Below the pieces are notes generated by a model. It was not told the DNA's origin, searched no databases, and worked only from the letters and a program-made list of their open reading frames with translations. Positions 1-7,946 of a stretch of DNA of 64,000 bases are shown in pieces. Every line of letters begins with the position of its first letter. The first letter of the stretch is position 1. This DNA is from Anaerolineales bacterium (lineage in GTDB: Bacteria > Chloroflexota > Anaerolineae > Anaerolineales > E44-bin32). The translations under genes were made by a program, and so were the position numbers. The stretch is from the NCBI GenBank assembly GCA_037382465.1, contig JARRPX010000004.1, positions 140,204 through 204,203 of the forward strand. The letters are read 5' to 3'.

Positions 1-1
1 A

Positions 2-367
2 ATCAACACGCACCACAAGGCGGCATTGACTGCGCTTTACGGACCTGTTGCAATCCGGGAAATATACGGAGCCACCGAGGGAACGTTCGGCCAGCAGCTC
101 GACGAGAAAAAGGCCTGGGTGCCGAATTATGACTTGTTCCTCCTGGAAGCCGCGACACGCTCCGGGATTAAAATGCTGCACGAGATGCGCGACGGCGAGA
201 TGGGCAATCTCGTCGTTTCCACCCCCATATTGCCGCGTTATGCAATCGGAGACCGTATCCTTTGTGTGGAAAAACCCTGCTACCGCTGTATCGGCCGCGA
301 TCGCTGGTGGACGCCTCTCGAATACGCCTGGAACGAGTTCTCCACATTAAATATGGGTCGATTGTAA
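2..367 (+). CDS. 3' fragment of an adenylate-forming enzyme (GH3 / phenylacetate-CoA-ligase-like ANL superfamily), cut by the window edge
   Basis: Frame 2 is open from the window edge to TAA 365-367. The listed ORF start at 26 is an internal TTG. The IYGATEGTFGQQ segment and the C-terminal subdomain resemble GH3/PaaK-like enzymes. Family call is by eye only. Confidence 0.4.
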   Translation: MNTHHKAALTALYGPVAIREIYGATEGTFGQQLDEKKAWVPNYDLFLLEAATRSGIKMLHEMRDGEMGNLVVSTPILPRYAIGDRILCVEKPCYRCIGRDRWWTPLEYAWNEFSTLNMGRL

Positions 368-407
368 GATCCAATCGACCCACTGCAGCCGCATGTCAAT
401 TCTCAGA

Positions 408-872
408 TCAGGTTTTCTTTCGAGTTCCGCGAAAGATGATCGATAACCCGAGGACGATGATGATCAAAGGCCAGATCAGGTCTGAATTGGTAATGTCGCC
501 CAATCCACTCCCGAACAGGATCACACCGAGAAAGAGACTCCCTCCAACGGGACCGCGGTACGCTGGCACGGTGAGGCGGATCAACACCTCCGCCAACAGG
601 ATCAAACCGGCGCCTGCCGTTACATAAGACCAGGCTCCCGCATTCCCGGGCAGATTCACGTCCTCCAGATAACCCATATTCCAAATCAGAAAGAAAACCC
701 CAGCCCAGATCAAGATCGCCGCCCAAACGATGGCGGAAAGCGGATCGCGGCTCCATTTCTCATCCCACCGCTTGCCCATTTCCTTTTCGTGGGACTTTTC
801 ATCCATCTTTTCATCCCTCCCCCATTCTTTCTCTTCTTTTTCGTTCATCGGGGTGTTTTTCTTGTCAGCCAT
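408..872 (-). CDS. Small integral membrane protein with a Lys/Glu-rich N-terminal tail (hypothetical)
   Basis: ORF 408..917. I prefer the start MADKK at 872 because AGGAGGAGG lies about 12 nt upstream. Three to four hydrophobic helices follow a charged KEEKEWGRDEKMDEK tail. Confidence 0.5.
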   Translation of the reverse strand: MADKKNTPMNEKEEKEWGRDEKMDEKSHEKEMGKRWDEKWSRDPLSAIVWAAILIWAGVFFLIWNMGYLEDVNLPGNAGAWSYVTAGAGLILLAEVLIRLTVPAYRGPVGGSLFLGVILFGSGLGDITNSDLIWPLIIIVLGLSIIFRGTRKKT

Positions 873-1243
873 CTCCTCTTGCCTCCTCCTGATCCTATGA
901 TGAGATTTCAATACCACGCGGGTAAAAGAAAAAGATCGAATCCTGAGTCTAGATCAGATTGCATTGCCGAACGACCCCGGCAAAAATCTGGCCTTGTGAT
1001 GTTGCAGCAGGCAGCCTTGGGCTCGAGGCCGCCAAACTTCGTGCAATTGGTAAATTGTTTCCAACAAGATGCTTCTAGATTGACACGAATAATGGATAAA
1101 GCAACCCGGCCACTGAAAATATGATACACGAGAAAAGGCCTAAACTCAATTTGCAAGCCATTGCGTCGAGGGAGACCCCCGATCGAAACAAAAATCAATG
1201 GTCGTAGATAATTACGTCATCGACGAATGCAGTTGGATATAGA

Positions 1244-1924
1244 TTATTCCGATGTTTCCGAGACGTTCGTCCGTACCTGCTCACTCCAGCGTGCCCGCAG
1301 ATGCACACCGAACCTCGAAAGCATTTGGTGAAATCTGCTGCCGGCCGTACGTATCTGGGGAATGCGCAGGACGAGCAGCAGCACCACAACCGTCATGTAG
1401 ACCAGTGGTACGCGGATATCCGATTTTACCAACCATGTGTAGTGCACCGTCGCAAGGAACGCCCCGAGATATACGAAACGATGCAGGCGTTTCCAATTCT
1501 TTCCCAGCCTGCGCTGCCAACTCCGGGTCGAGGTGATCACCAAAGGTATGAGCAGCAGCCCGGAGGCGAGACCCACCAACGCAAAACGCTTATTGAAAAG
1601 CGCGTCCTTCAACGATCCGAAATCGAAACTGTAGTCGATTCCGATGAAAATGAAGAAATGCACCGCCACGTAACAGGCCGCATAGAGGCCGAACCACTTG
1701 CGCACAGGGATTAATTGCTTGAAGCCAAAAAGGGTATTCAACGGCGTAATCGCCAGCGTAATCGTCAGCAAGACCAGTGCGGTTTTGCCCGTACGCAGCG
1801 TCGCCGCCTGAATGGGGTTGGCCGTGAGGTCATTCCGGTACCAATCAAAAATCAGCAGACCCATCGGCGTCAGGGCTGCTGCATGGGTGACGAGTTGGAT
1901 GCCTATCCGGCGCAATCTTGTCAT
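1244..1924 (-). CDS. msrQ: Protein-methionine-sulfoxide reductase heme-binding subunit MsrQ (YedZ)
   Basis: 226-aa polytopic membrane protein of the ferric-reductase-like YedZ type. Its ATG overlaps the msrP stop (TGATG at 1922-1926), the classic msrPQ pairing. Confidence 0.8.
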   Translation of the reverse strand: MTRLRRIGIQLVTHAAALTPMGLLIFDWYRNDLTANPIQAATLRTGKTALVLLTITLAITPLNTLFGFKQLIPVRKWFGLYAACYVAVHFFIFIGIDYSFDFGSLKDALFNKRFALVGLASGLLLIPLVITSTRSWQRRLGKNWKRLHRFVYLGAFLATVHYTWLVKSDIRVPLVYMTVVVLLLVLRIPQIRTAGSRFHQMLSRFGVHLRARWSEQVRTNVSETSE

Positions 1925-2880
1925 CAGAAAAAGATCGATGGGCTCATGTCGGGATAGAGGGAAGCGACCTCATCGGCATACCCGTTGAAGAGCAGGGTGT
2001 CTCTTCGGCTAATTTCTCCGATGCGGCGCTCTTTTGCTTGAGACCAGCGAGGATGAGGCACATCGGGGTTGACGTTGGCGTAAAATCCATACTCATTTGG
2101 CGAAGATGCCATCCAAAGAGACGTCGGCTGTTCCGAAACCAGATCGATCTTGACGATCGATTTGATGCTTTTAAATCCGTATTTCCAGGGCACGACCAGC
2201 CGGATCGGCGCGCCGTTTTGAGCCGGCAGACTCTTACCGTACAGCCCGGTGGCCATGAGCGTCAGATCGTGCATGGCCTCATCGATGCGCAATCCTTCGA
2301 CGTACGGCCATACATACCAGGGACTTTGTTGATTTGTCATTACGTCCGGATCATACAGCGTTTCAAAGCGTACGTATTTAGCATCCGCCATCGGTTCGAC
2401 GTCCTCCAATAAACGGGCCAGGGGAAAGCCATTCCAGGGTATCACCATCGACCACCCCTCGACGCATCGCAGACGATAGACACGTTCTTCCTTCTCGAAG
2501 CCGGTCAAATCATCAAGATTGTAGATCTTTGGGTTATGGACCAAACCTCCGACTTCGACCTGCCACGGCGAAGTTCGGAAATTGCCAACGAGATCGACAA
2601 CGGTCGTCTTGTCCGGTGTAAATTCGTAAAAATTGTTGAAATGGGTGATGTCAGTGTAACTGTTCACCGGGTCGCCCAATTCATCCGTTGATGCGCTGCT
2701 TTCCGGCTGCATCGCATCATCGGCCGACGAAAGCGCAGTTGCGACGCCTCCACCGCAAGCCGCCAGGAGCAGCGAGCCCGAGGCCAGCGCTCCTGCGCCT
2801 TTCAGAAAATCGCGTCTTGATAGATAAACGTGCTCCGGAGTAATCTCTGAGGGACGTATTTTCACCATTTCTACCTCCAT
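1924..2880 (-). CDS. msrP: Protein-methionine-sulfoxide reductase catalytic subunit MsrP (YedY, molybdopterin)
   Basis: Twin-arginine signal [11 protein letters not shown]. The conserved block [24 protein letters not shown] is typical of YedY/MsrP oxidoreductase molybdopterin-binding domains. Confidence 0.85.
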   Translation of the reverse strand: MEVEMVKIRPSEITPEHVYLSRRDFLKGAGALASGSLLLAACGGGVATALSSADDAMQPESSASTDELGDPVNSYTDITHFNNFYEFTPDKTTVVDLVGNFRTSPWQVEVGGLVHNPKIYNLDDLTGFEKEERVYRLRCVEGWSMVIPWNGFPLARLLEDVEPMADAKYVRFETLYDPDVMTNQQSPWYVWPYVEGLRIDEAMHDLTLMATGLYGKSLPAQNGAPIRLVVPWKYGFKSIKSIVKIDLVSEQPTSLWMASSPNEYGFYANVNPDVPHPRWSQAKERRIGEISRRDTLLFNGYADEVASLYPDMSPSIFF

Positions 2881-3131
2881 ATTCCAAGCCCAATACCAGC
2901 AATTCTACCGCAGACCATCCTCAGACCAGATTTTACCTCAGCACACCGAGCCGCGTTGCGCTGCATGAGGGAAGCATGACGATAATGCCATTATTTAACG
3001 CGTCAGAAGGTCAATCACGGCCAATCAGGAAAATTCGAGGAGACGAGAAAATGCTCGAGGACCGATTGCACCGAGGGAAACAGGAAGATGTCAATGTACC
3101 ACAATTGAAGGAAAACGCCGGGACTGTCGGC

Positions 3132-3521
3132 TCACCCGGAATGTGCAGGGAGGTATTTGGTGATCTCCCTGCGGAACTGTTTGATCGAGAAAGGTTTGCT
3201 CACGAAAGCGTTAGCCCCAGCTGCCAAAGCCTGGCTTCGATCTTCCGGCATCGCCTTCGCACTGACGATAATCGTTGGGATATTGGACCATGCGGGCGCC
3301 GAACGAATCTTGCGCACGTGGCAGATCCCGTCGAGTTCGGGCATCATAATATCCGAGAGAATCAAATCCGGCGTACAGCACTCGAGCAGCCGCAACGCCT
3401 GGTGAACGTCATACGCCAGATGGACCTTATAACCGTCGGAAGTCAAGAATTCATGCATGATCGCGCAAAACACGGGATCATCATCGACAACGAGCACGAC
3501 AGGATTACACTGATGCTGCAT
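3132..3521 (-). CDS. Stand-alone response-regulator receiver domain protein (CheY-like)
   Basis: VVLVVDDDP...DLILSDIMMPELDG...IIVSAK receiver motifs and no output domain. ORF extends to 3566, but M16 (3521) gives the usual short N-terminus, with GAGG about 10 nt upstream. Confidence 0.75.
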   Translation of the reverse strand: MQHQCNPVVLVVDDDPVFCAIMHEFLTSDGYKVHLAYDVHQALRLLECCTPDLILSDIMMPELDGICHVRKIRSAPAWSNIPTIIVSAKAMPEDRSQALAAGANAFVSKPFSIKQFRREITKYLPAHSG

Positions 3522-3797
3522 GGTTTTCGGACCTCTACTAGATGATATACATCCGTCAAGCTGCACGTTTTATGCCAGGCTGCATCTCGGAAGCGCACGC
3601 AGCTTTCTCAGCGAAGAACGGGAACGAAGAACTGCCTTCGCAACAAGATCGAGATAACTTGTCAATATCGATGGAAAAACAGCGGGATCACACAGATGAG
3701 AATGAAGAGCCGCAGTAGTTCACACCCGCTTCGAAGATTAGTGTTTCTTCTCCTTCGATCGCCTCATTGATGGACCTTTACCATCCAAAGTCTGCGT

Positions 3798-4025
3798 CTA
3801 CTCCTCACGCTGTTTCGAGCTTCCCCTCATCATGTTCAACTCGCCTTCCAATTGCGCCATGCGGGTTTCATAGGCATCCTGGATCTCTTGACGAAATTCA
3901 TCCTTCCGCTGCTGTATGCGCGCTCGAAATTCATCACCGGATGAAGGCGTCAGCAGTAATGCGGTTACGGCTCCGACGAGGGCGCCGCAGAAAGCGCCGG
4001 TGAGAAAGGTCATGAAACGTCGCAT
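3798..4025 (-). CDS. YtxH-domain small stress-type protein
   Basis: 75 aa. N-terminal hydrophobic helix FLTGAFCGALVGAVTALLLTPSSG followed by a charged coiled-coil, the YtxH family signature. Confidence 0.6.
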   Translation of the reverse strand: MRRFMTFLTGAFCGALVGAVTALLLTPSSGDEFRARIQQRKDEFRQEIQDAYETRMAQLEGELNMMRGSSKQREE

Positions 4026-4391
4026 CGTACACCTCCGCTTGTAATAAATTATTCAGAAAAGTACCAAACGCCTGGAAACCTGTGCATATTCTCAGATGAA
4101 GCTCCATCGTCAGCGTAAATTTCCGCCGCTTCGGATTGTCGCTGCACTGTTTGTAACACCCATACCCCCGCGAAGCCTCACCGCACCTCGTCGATTGTGA
4201 GGGTGCAGCGCCTACCTGCTCGTTGAGACATTCTACACCTTTTCGCGACATTGCATTCGATCTGGTTGCCTATCCCAAAGTATCTGCGATATACTCGTAA
4301 TTTGTCACAGATAATATCGCCCCGAACCACAGACCGGGAGAGATCCTCCCGGTTGTGCATGACGAGGAAAACGATATCAACGGAGGACGCC

Positions 4392-4628
4392 ATGACCAAA
4401 GTCAGCATCAAGTACTGCGCCGTTTGACACTACACGGATCGAGCCATCCGTGCGATGGCTGAAGTGCTGCAGAAATATGAAACAAGGATTGACGAGATCA
4501 CCCTTATCCCATCCGACGGCGGATGCTTCGAAGTCACGGTCGATGGCACCCTGGTGTACTCCAAACTCGCCACCGGACGTCACGTCGAATCGGGTGAGAC
4601 GGCGAATTACGTCGGAGACCACCTGTAG
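4392..4628 (+). CDS. Rdx/SelW-like selenoprotein (CxxU), in-frame TGA at 4425-4427 read as selenocysteine
   Basis: Absent from the ORF track. GGAGGA at 4382-4387, ATG at 4392. Reads MTKVSIKYCAV-U-HYTDRAIRAMAEVLQKYETRIDEITLIPSDGGCFEVTVDGTLVYSKLATGRH..., stop TAG 4626-4628. The YCxxU motif is at the N-terminus, and the ITLIPSxGGxFEVxVDG block matches the Rdx fold family. Confidence 0.7.
4433..4452 (+). promoter_or_regulatory. Candidate bacterial SECIS hairpin for the Rdx-like gene
   Basis: CACGGAT-cgagcc-ATCCGTG: 7-bp stem, 6-nt loop containing G. It starts 6 nt after TGA 4425-4427. Confidence 0.4.
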
Positions 4629-4640
4629 GAGGAACTCCCA

Positions 4641-5630
4641 TTGACTGCAAAGAAGGGGCGCGTCTTTTCCGGCGCCAGGCCGACCGGGCGCCAACATCTG
4701 GGCAACTATCTGGGTGCCATCAAGAACTACGTGGCGCTGCAAGATGAATACGAATGCATTTACTGCATCGTCGACCTGCATGCCTTGACGACACTCGAGA
4801 CGACCAAATCGCTCAAGTCGAACACCTACGAGATGGCGCTCGATTGGCTCGCCGCAGGACTGCGGCCGGAAGAGACGATCATCTTCATCCAATCCCACGT
4901 CCCAGAAGTCACTGAGCTGCACACCATCCTTTCAATGGTCGTTGGGCTCGGGAAATTGACCGATCTGCCTACATTCAAAGAAAAAGCGCGGCAGCAGCCG
5001 CACAACATCAACTACGGCCTGGTGGGCTATCCGATTTTGATGGCCGCCGATATTGCGCTCTATAGGGCCGAATTCGTGCCTGTTGGAATCGACCAGGCAC
5101 CGCACCTCGAATTTACCCGCGAGGTCGTGCGCTCGTTCAATCACCGCTACGAAACAAATGTGCTGATCGAGCCCCAGATGAAAAGCACGGAGGTCCCCAA
5201 AGTCCTCGGCACGGATGGCGTGCAGAAGATGAGTAAAAGCCTGGATAATCACATCGAACTGGCCGCTACACCGGAGGAGACCACTGCACGGGTGATGACC
5301 ATGGTGACCGATCCACAGAGAAAGCGCCGCTCGGATCCAGGTGACCCGGACGTGTGCAACGTCTTCACGATGCACAAAATCTTCTCTACGGAGGCGGACG
5401 TCAAAGAGATCAACATCGAGTGCCGCCGGGCAGGCATAGGCTGCGTGGATTGTAAGAAGCGATTCGCCCAGAATCTGAACGCTCATCTCGCCCCCTTCCG
5501 GGAAAAACGATCCGGGCTCAGCGAAAATCCCGATCAGGTCTGGAATATATTGGTGGATGGGGCAGCCCGCGCCAAACGAATTGCCGCGCAAACGATGATC
5601 GAAGTACGCGAAGCCGTCGGACTGCCCTGA
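4641..5630 (+). CDS. trpS: Tryptophan--tRNA ligase
   Basis: TTG start at 4641 preceded by AGGAGG (4627-4632). Class I signatures: GRQHLGNYLG (HIGH-like) and KMSKS. Length of 329 aa is typical of TrpRS. Confidence 0.95.
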   Translation: MTAKKGRVFSGARPTGRQHLGNYLGAIKNYVALQDEYECIYCIVDLHALTTLETTKSLKSNTYEMALDWLAAGLRPEETIIFIQSHVPEVTELHTILSMVVGLGKLTDLPTFKEKARQQPHNINYGLVGYPILMAADIALYRAEFVPVGIDQAPHLEFTREVVRSFNHRYETNVLIEPQMKSTEVPKVLGTDGVQKMSKSLDNHIELAATPEETTARVMTMVTDPQRKRRSDPGDPDVCNVFTMHKIFSTEADVKEINIECRRAGIGCVDCKKRFAQNLNAHLAPFREKRSGLSENPDQVWNILVDGAARAKRIAAQTMIEVREAVGLP

Positions 5631-5822
5631 CCTGCAGCTGCAAAAATGGGACATTTCCCTTCGGGTTCAAGGGATGACGAGCAGCCTGGTCGAATGATCG
5701 AACCGCTTCGAATCAGCTTCACCAGCCGGTTTAAAGGCGACGGAAGGTTCGGCTGGTCAGGTAACTGCACTTTGAAACTTCTTGCCGTATTGCGCTGAGA
5801 TCGAGAAGGAGTCGAGGGCCAT

Positions 5823-6290
5823 ATGCGTGCGGTGCTGCAGCGCGTTCGCCGTGGGCGCGTGTCCATTGAAGGTGAAACCATCGCGGAGATCGACCGGGGG
5901 CTGGTCATCCTGATCGGAATCGGCCACGAGGATTCCGCAGAAGACGCCCGTCGGTTGGCGGAAAAATGCGCCGCGCTGCGAATCTTCGAGGACGATGCGG
6001 GTAAAACGAACCTTTCCGTTCAGGATATCGAAGGCCAGGCTATCGTGATCTCTCAATTCACGCTGTATGCCGACACACGCAAAGGCCGGAGGCCGAGTTT
6101 CACCAAGGCCGCCAGGCCGGAGACGGCAGAACCGCTCGTAGAGATCTTCGCAGCCCACTTACGAGATTATGGAGTTCCAACACAAACCGGTGTTTTTGGG
6201 GCGCACATGCTGGTGGACATCGAAAACGACGGGCCGTCTAAGATCCCAAAGCAACTCTATTCATCCATATTCGAATTTAGGATACTTTAG
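5823..6290 (+). CDS. dtd: D-aminoacyl-tRNA deacylase with an atypical C-terminal tail
   Basis: MRAVLQRV...[16 protein letters not shown]...NDGP is the Dtd family pattern. After NDGP (from nt 6237) the usual VTxxL ending is replaced by 17 residues encoded in AT-rich DNA. Confidence 0.85.
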   Translation: MRAVLQRVRRGRVSIEGETIAEIDRGLVILIGIGHEDSAEDARRLAEKCAALRIFEDDAGKTNLSVQDIEGQAIVISQFTLYADTRKGRRPSFTKAARPETAEPLVEIFAAHLRDYGVPTQTGVFGAHMLVDIENDGPSKIPKQLYSSIFEFRIL

Positions 6291-6548
6291 TAGAACGCAC
6301 AAATATAATTGTTCCCTCGTAGTATTAGTCTTCTCCCGGTAGAATTGATCAATGCAAAGTATTGAATATTCCCGCTTAGGAAGATTCTTACGGTATGTAA
6401 TCCGAATATTTATCCACGACTGAGACGCATAGGATCTCCCCAAATCCAGGCTGTATCGTATTACAATCCTGATTCTCAAATCGATGTTCGAATCAATTAT
6501 CCTGGCAGGCTATCGTCAGCCGCTCGTCCGCAGCTTGAAAAATCTGCA

Positions 6549-6557
6549 TGTTATAAT
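6549..6557 (+). promoter_or_regulatory. Extended -10 promoter element (TGT-TATAAT) for the SPFH gene
   Basis: TGTTATAAT at 6549-6557, about 53 nt upstream of ATG 6610, which has an AGGAGG RBS. No good -35, consistent with the extended -10 class. Confidence 0.35.
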
Positions 6558-6609
6558 CCCGTCGAAATACGAAAATTTGATCTATGGATAACTCTAGGAG
6601 GAAAAATCC

Positions 6610-7653
6610 ATGAACATCGCATATGTAATTCGCGCTCTATCTACGGTATCCTGGTTGCTTTTTGTGGGAATCGTAATTCTGGCTGTCGTGCGCGCGGCAC
6701 AAGGACGTAACATGAAATCTGCGCCGGTTATGGTCATCGCTACGCTTCTTTTTGCCATCGTCCTGACAACCGTGTCTGCCGGGCTCGTCTTCATCCGACC
6801 CGAACAACGTGGTGTTGTAATCTCGGCGCTTGACCCGCAAGGTTATAAATCTGAAGCGCTTCAACCTGGCTTGCGCTGGGTCGTTCCCTTCGCCGAAAGT
6901 GTGATTACGTACCCGATTTCAAGCCAGACCTACACGATGTCCATCGCGCCGGAAGAAGGTCAGGTGCAAGGAGACGACTCGGTTGCCGCCCGTACATCCG
7001 ACGGCCAGGAAGTACTTATCGATGCTTCTGTGATTTTCGCCGTCGATCCCGAACAGGTTATCGACGTTCACATTCAATGGCAAGACCGGTACGACATCGA
7101 TTTGGTCCGAGCAGTTTCCCGTGGCGTTATCCGCGACGAAGCCTCACAGTATCGCGTGGACGAGATCGTGAGTGCCAAACGACAGGAATTGATCCAGGGT
7201 ATCGAAGCAGAATTGTCAGAGCAACTGCAGCAGAATGGGTTGATCCTGCGCAATTTTATCCTGCGTAACATTCAATTTTCACCGGAATACGCTGCCTCAG
7301 TAGAACAAAAGCAGATTGCCGAGCAGCAGGCGCAGCAGGCGGCTTTCGTGGTCCAGCAGCGCGCGCAGGAGGCCGAACAAGCCCGTAAGGTAGCCGAAGG
7401 ACAAGCAGACGCCAATGTGATCGCCGCTGAGGGTCGTGCAGAGGCGCGCCTGATCGAAGCCGAAGCGGAAGCCAAGGCGCTCAAGATGATCGCCGACGCA
7501 TTGCGCGATAATCCCGACCTGCTCACCTTCGAATACATCCAGAAGCTGGCGGACCAGATCCGCGTGATGCTCGTGCCTAACGACAACCCCTTCTTGCTGC
7601 CGCTGCCTTCGCTGGAAGAGGAAGGCGCAGTTACGGTTCCATCGACTCCCTAG
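6610..7653 (+). CDS. SPFH/Band 7 (prohibitin/HflC-like) membrane protein
   Basis: N-terminal TM anchor, SPFH core (GLRWVVPF...ISSQTY...), then an Ala/Glu/Gln-rich coiled coil (AEQQAQQAAFVVQQRAQEAEQARKVAEGQA). Confidence 0.85.
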   Translation: MNIAYVIRALSTVSWLLFVGIVILAVVRAAQGRNMKSAPVMVIATLLFAIVLTTVSAGLVFIRPEQRGVVISALDPQGYKSEALQPGLRWVVPFAESVITYPISSQTYTMSIAPEEGQVQGDDSVAARTSDGQEVLIDASVIFAVDPEQVIDVHIQWQDRYDIDLVRAVSRGVIRDEASQYRVDEIVSAKRQELIQGIEAELSEQLQQNGLILRNFILRNIQFSPEYAASVEQKQIAEQQAQQAAFVVQQRAQEAEQARKVAEGQADANVIAAEGRAEARLIEAEAEAKALKMIADALRDNPDLLTFEYIQKLADQIRVMLVPNDNPFLLPLPSLEEEGAVTVPSTP

Positions 7654-7829
7654 ATGACAACTTCCTCGAGTCGATCCGAAACACCAAAGGACTGGCCATT
7701 CAGGCCAGCCCTTTCATTATCTTTAAGGAATACGAATCACCCCATCTACGTCGTCCTGTAAGAATATATTTTCTCCGCCTTAGCTATCCGGAACGATCGA
7801 GACCGTCCCGCAGATCAGTAATAAGAATT

Positions 7830-7860
7830 TGTAGGGGCGGGTTTAAAGCCCGCCCTTACA
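7830..7860. repeat. REP-like GC-rich palindromic hairpin, probable bidirectional terminator between convergent genes
   Basis: TGTAGGGGCGGG-tttaaag-CCCGCCCTTACA: 12-bp stem with one G.U pair. It shares GTArGGGCGG...CGCCCTTACA arms with the hairpin at 34507-34535. Confidence 0.5.
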
Positions 7861-7946
7861 TCGCTATCTCGAACAGGAAGACGATGCGTGCGATTTAAAA
7901 AACCACGTCCTGTTTTCTGTCAAATCCGTGACATATTGGAAAATAC

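Noticed and set aside
4026-4391. Possible T-box or other leader upstream of the Rdx-like/trpS pair, including hairpin ACCGGGAG-agatc-CTCCCGGT at 4332-4352 and a TTGCCT-18-TATACT promoter-like site at 4266-4295
   Set aside because: I found no GGGUGGUACCGCG-type T-box sequence, no specifier-loop architecture and no U-tract after the hairpin. The promoter and hairpin are plausible but too weak to call.
4377-4922. 181-aa minus-strand ORF covering the Rdx-like gene and the trpS 5' end
   Set aside because: It is antisense to two genes with strong RBSs and family motifs, and it has no recognisable domain.
6261-6479. 72-aa minus-strand ORF inside the AT-rich segment
   Set aside because: It has no RBS, an Ile/Arg/Tyr-rich composition typical of random AT-rich frames, and no motif. 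It is kept only as context for the AT-rich segment finding.
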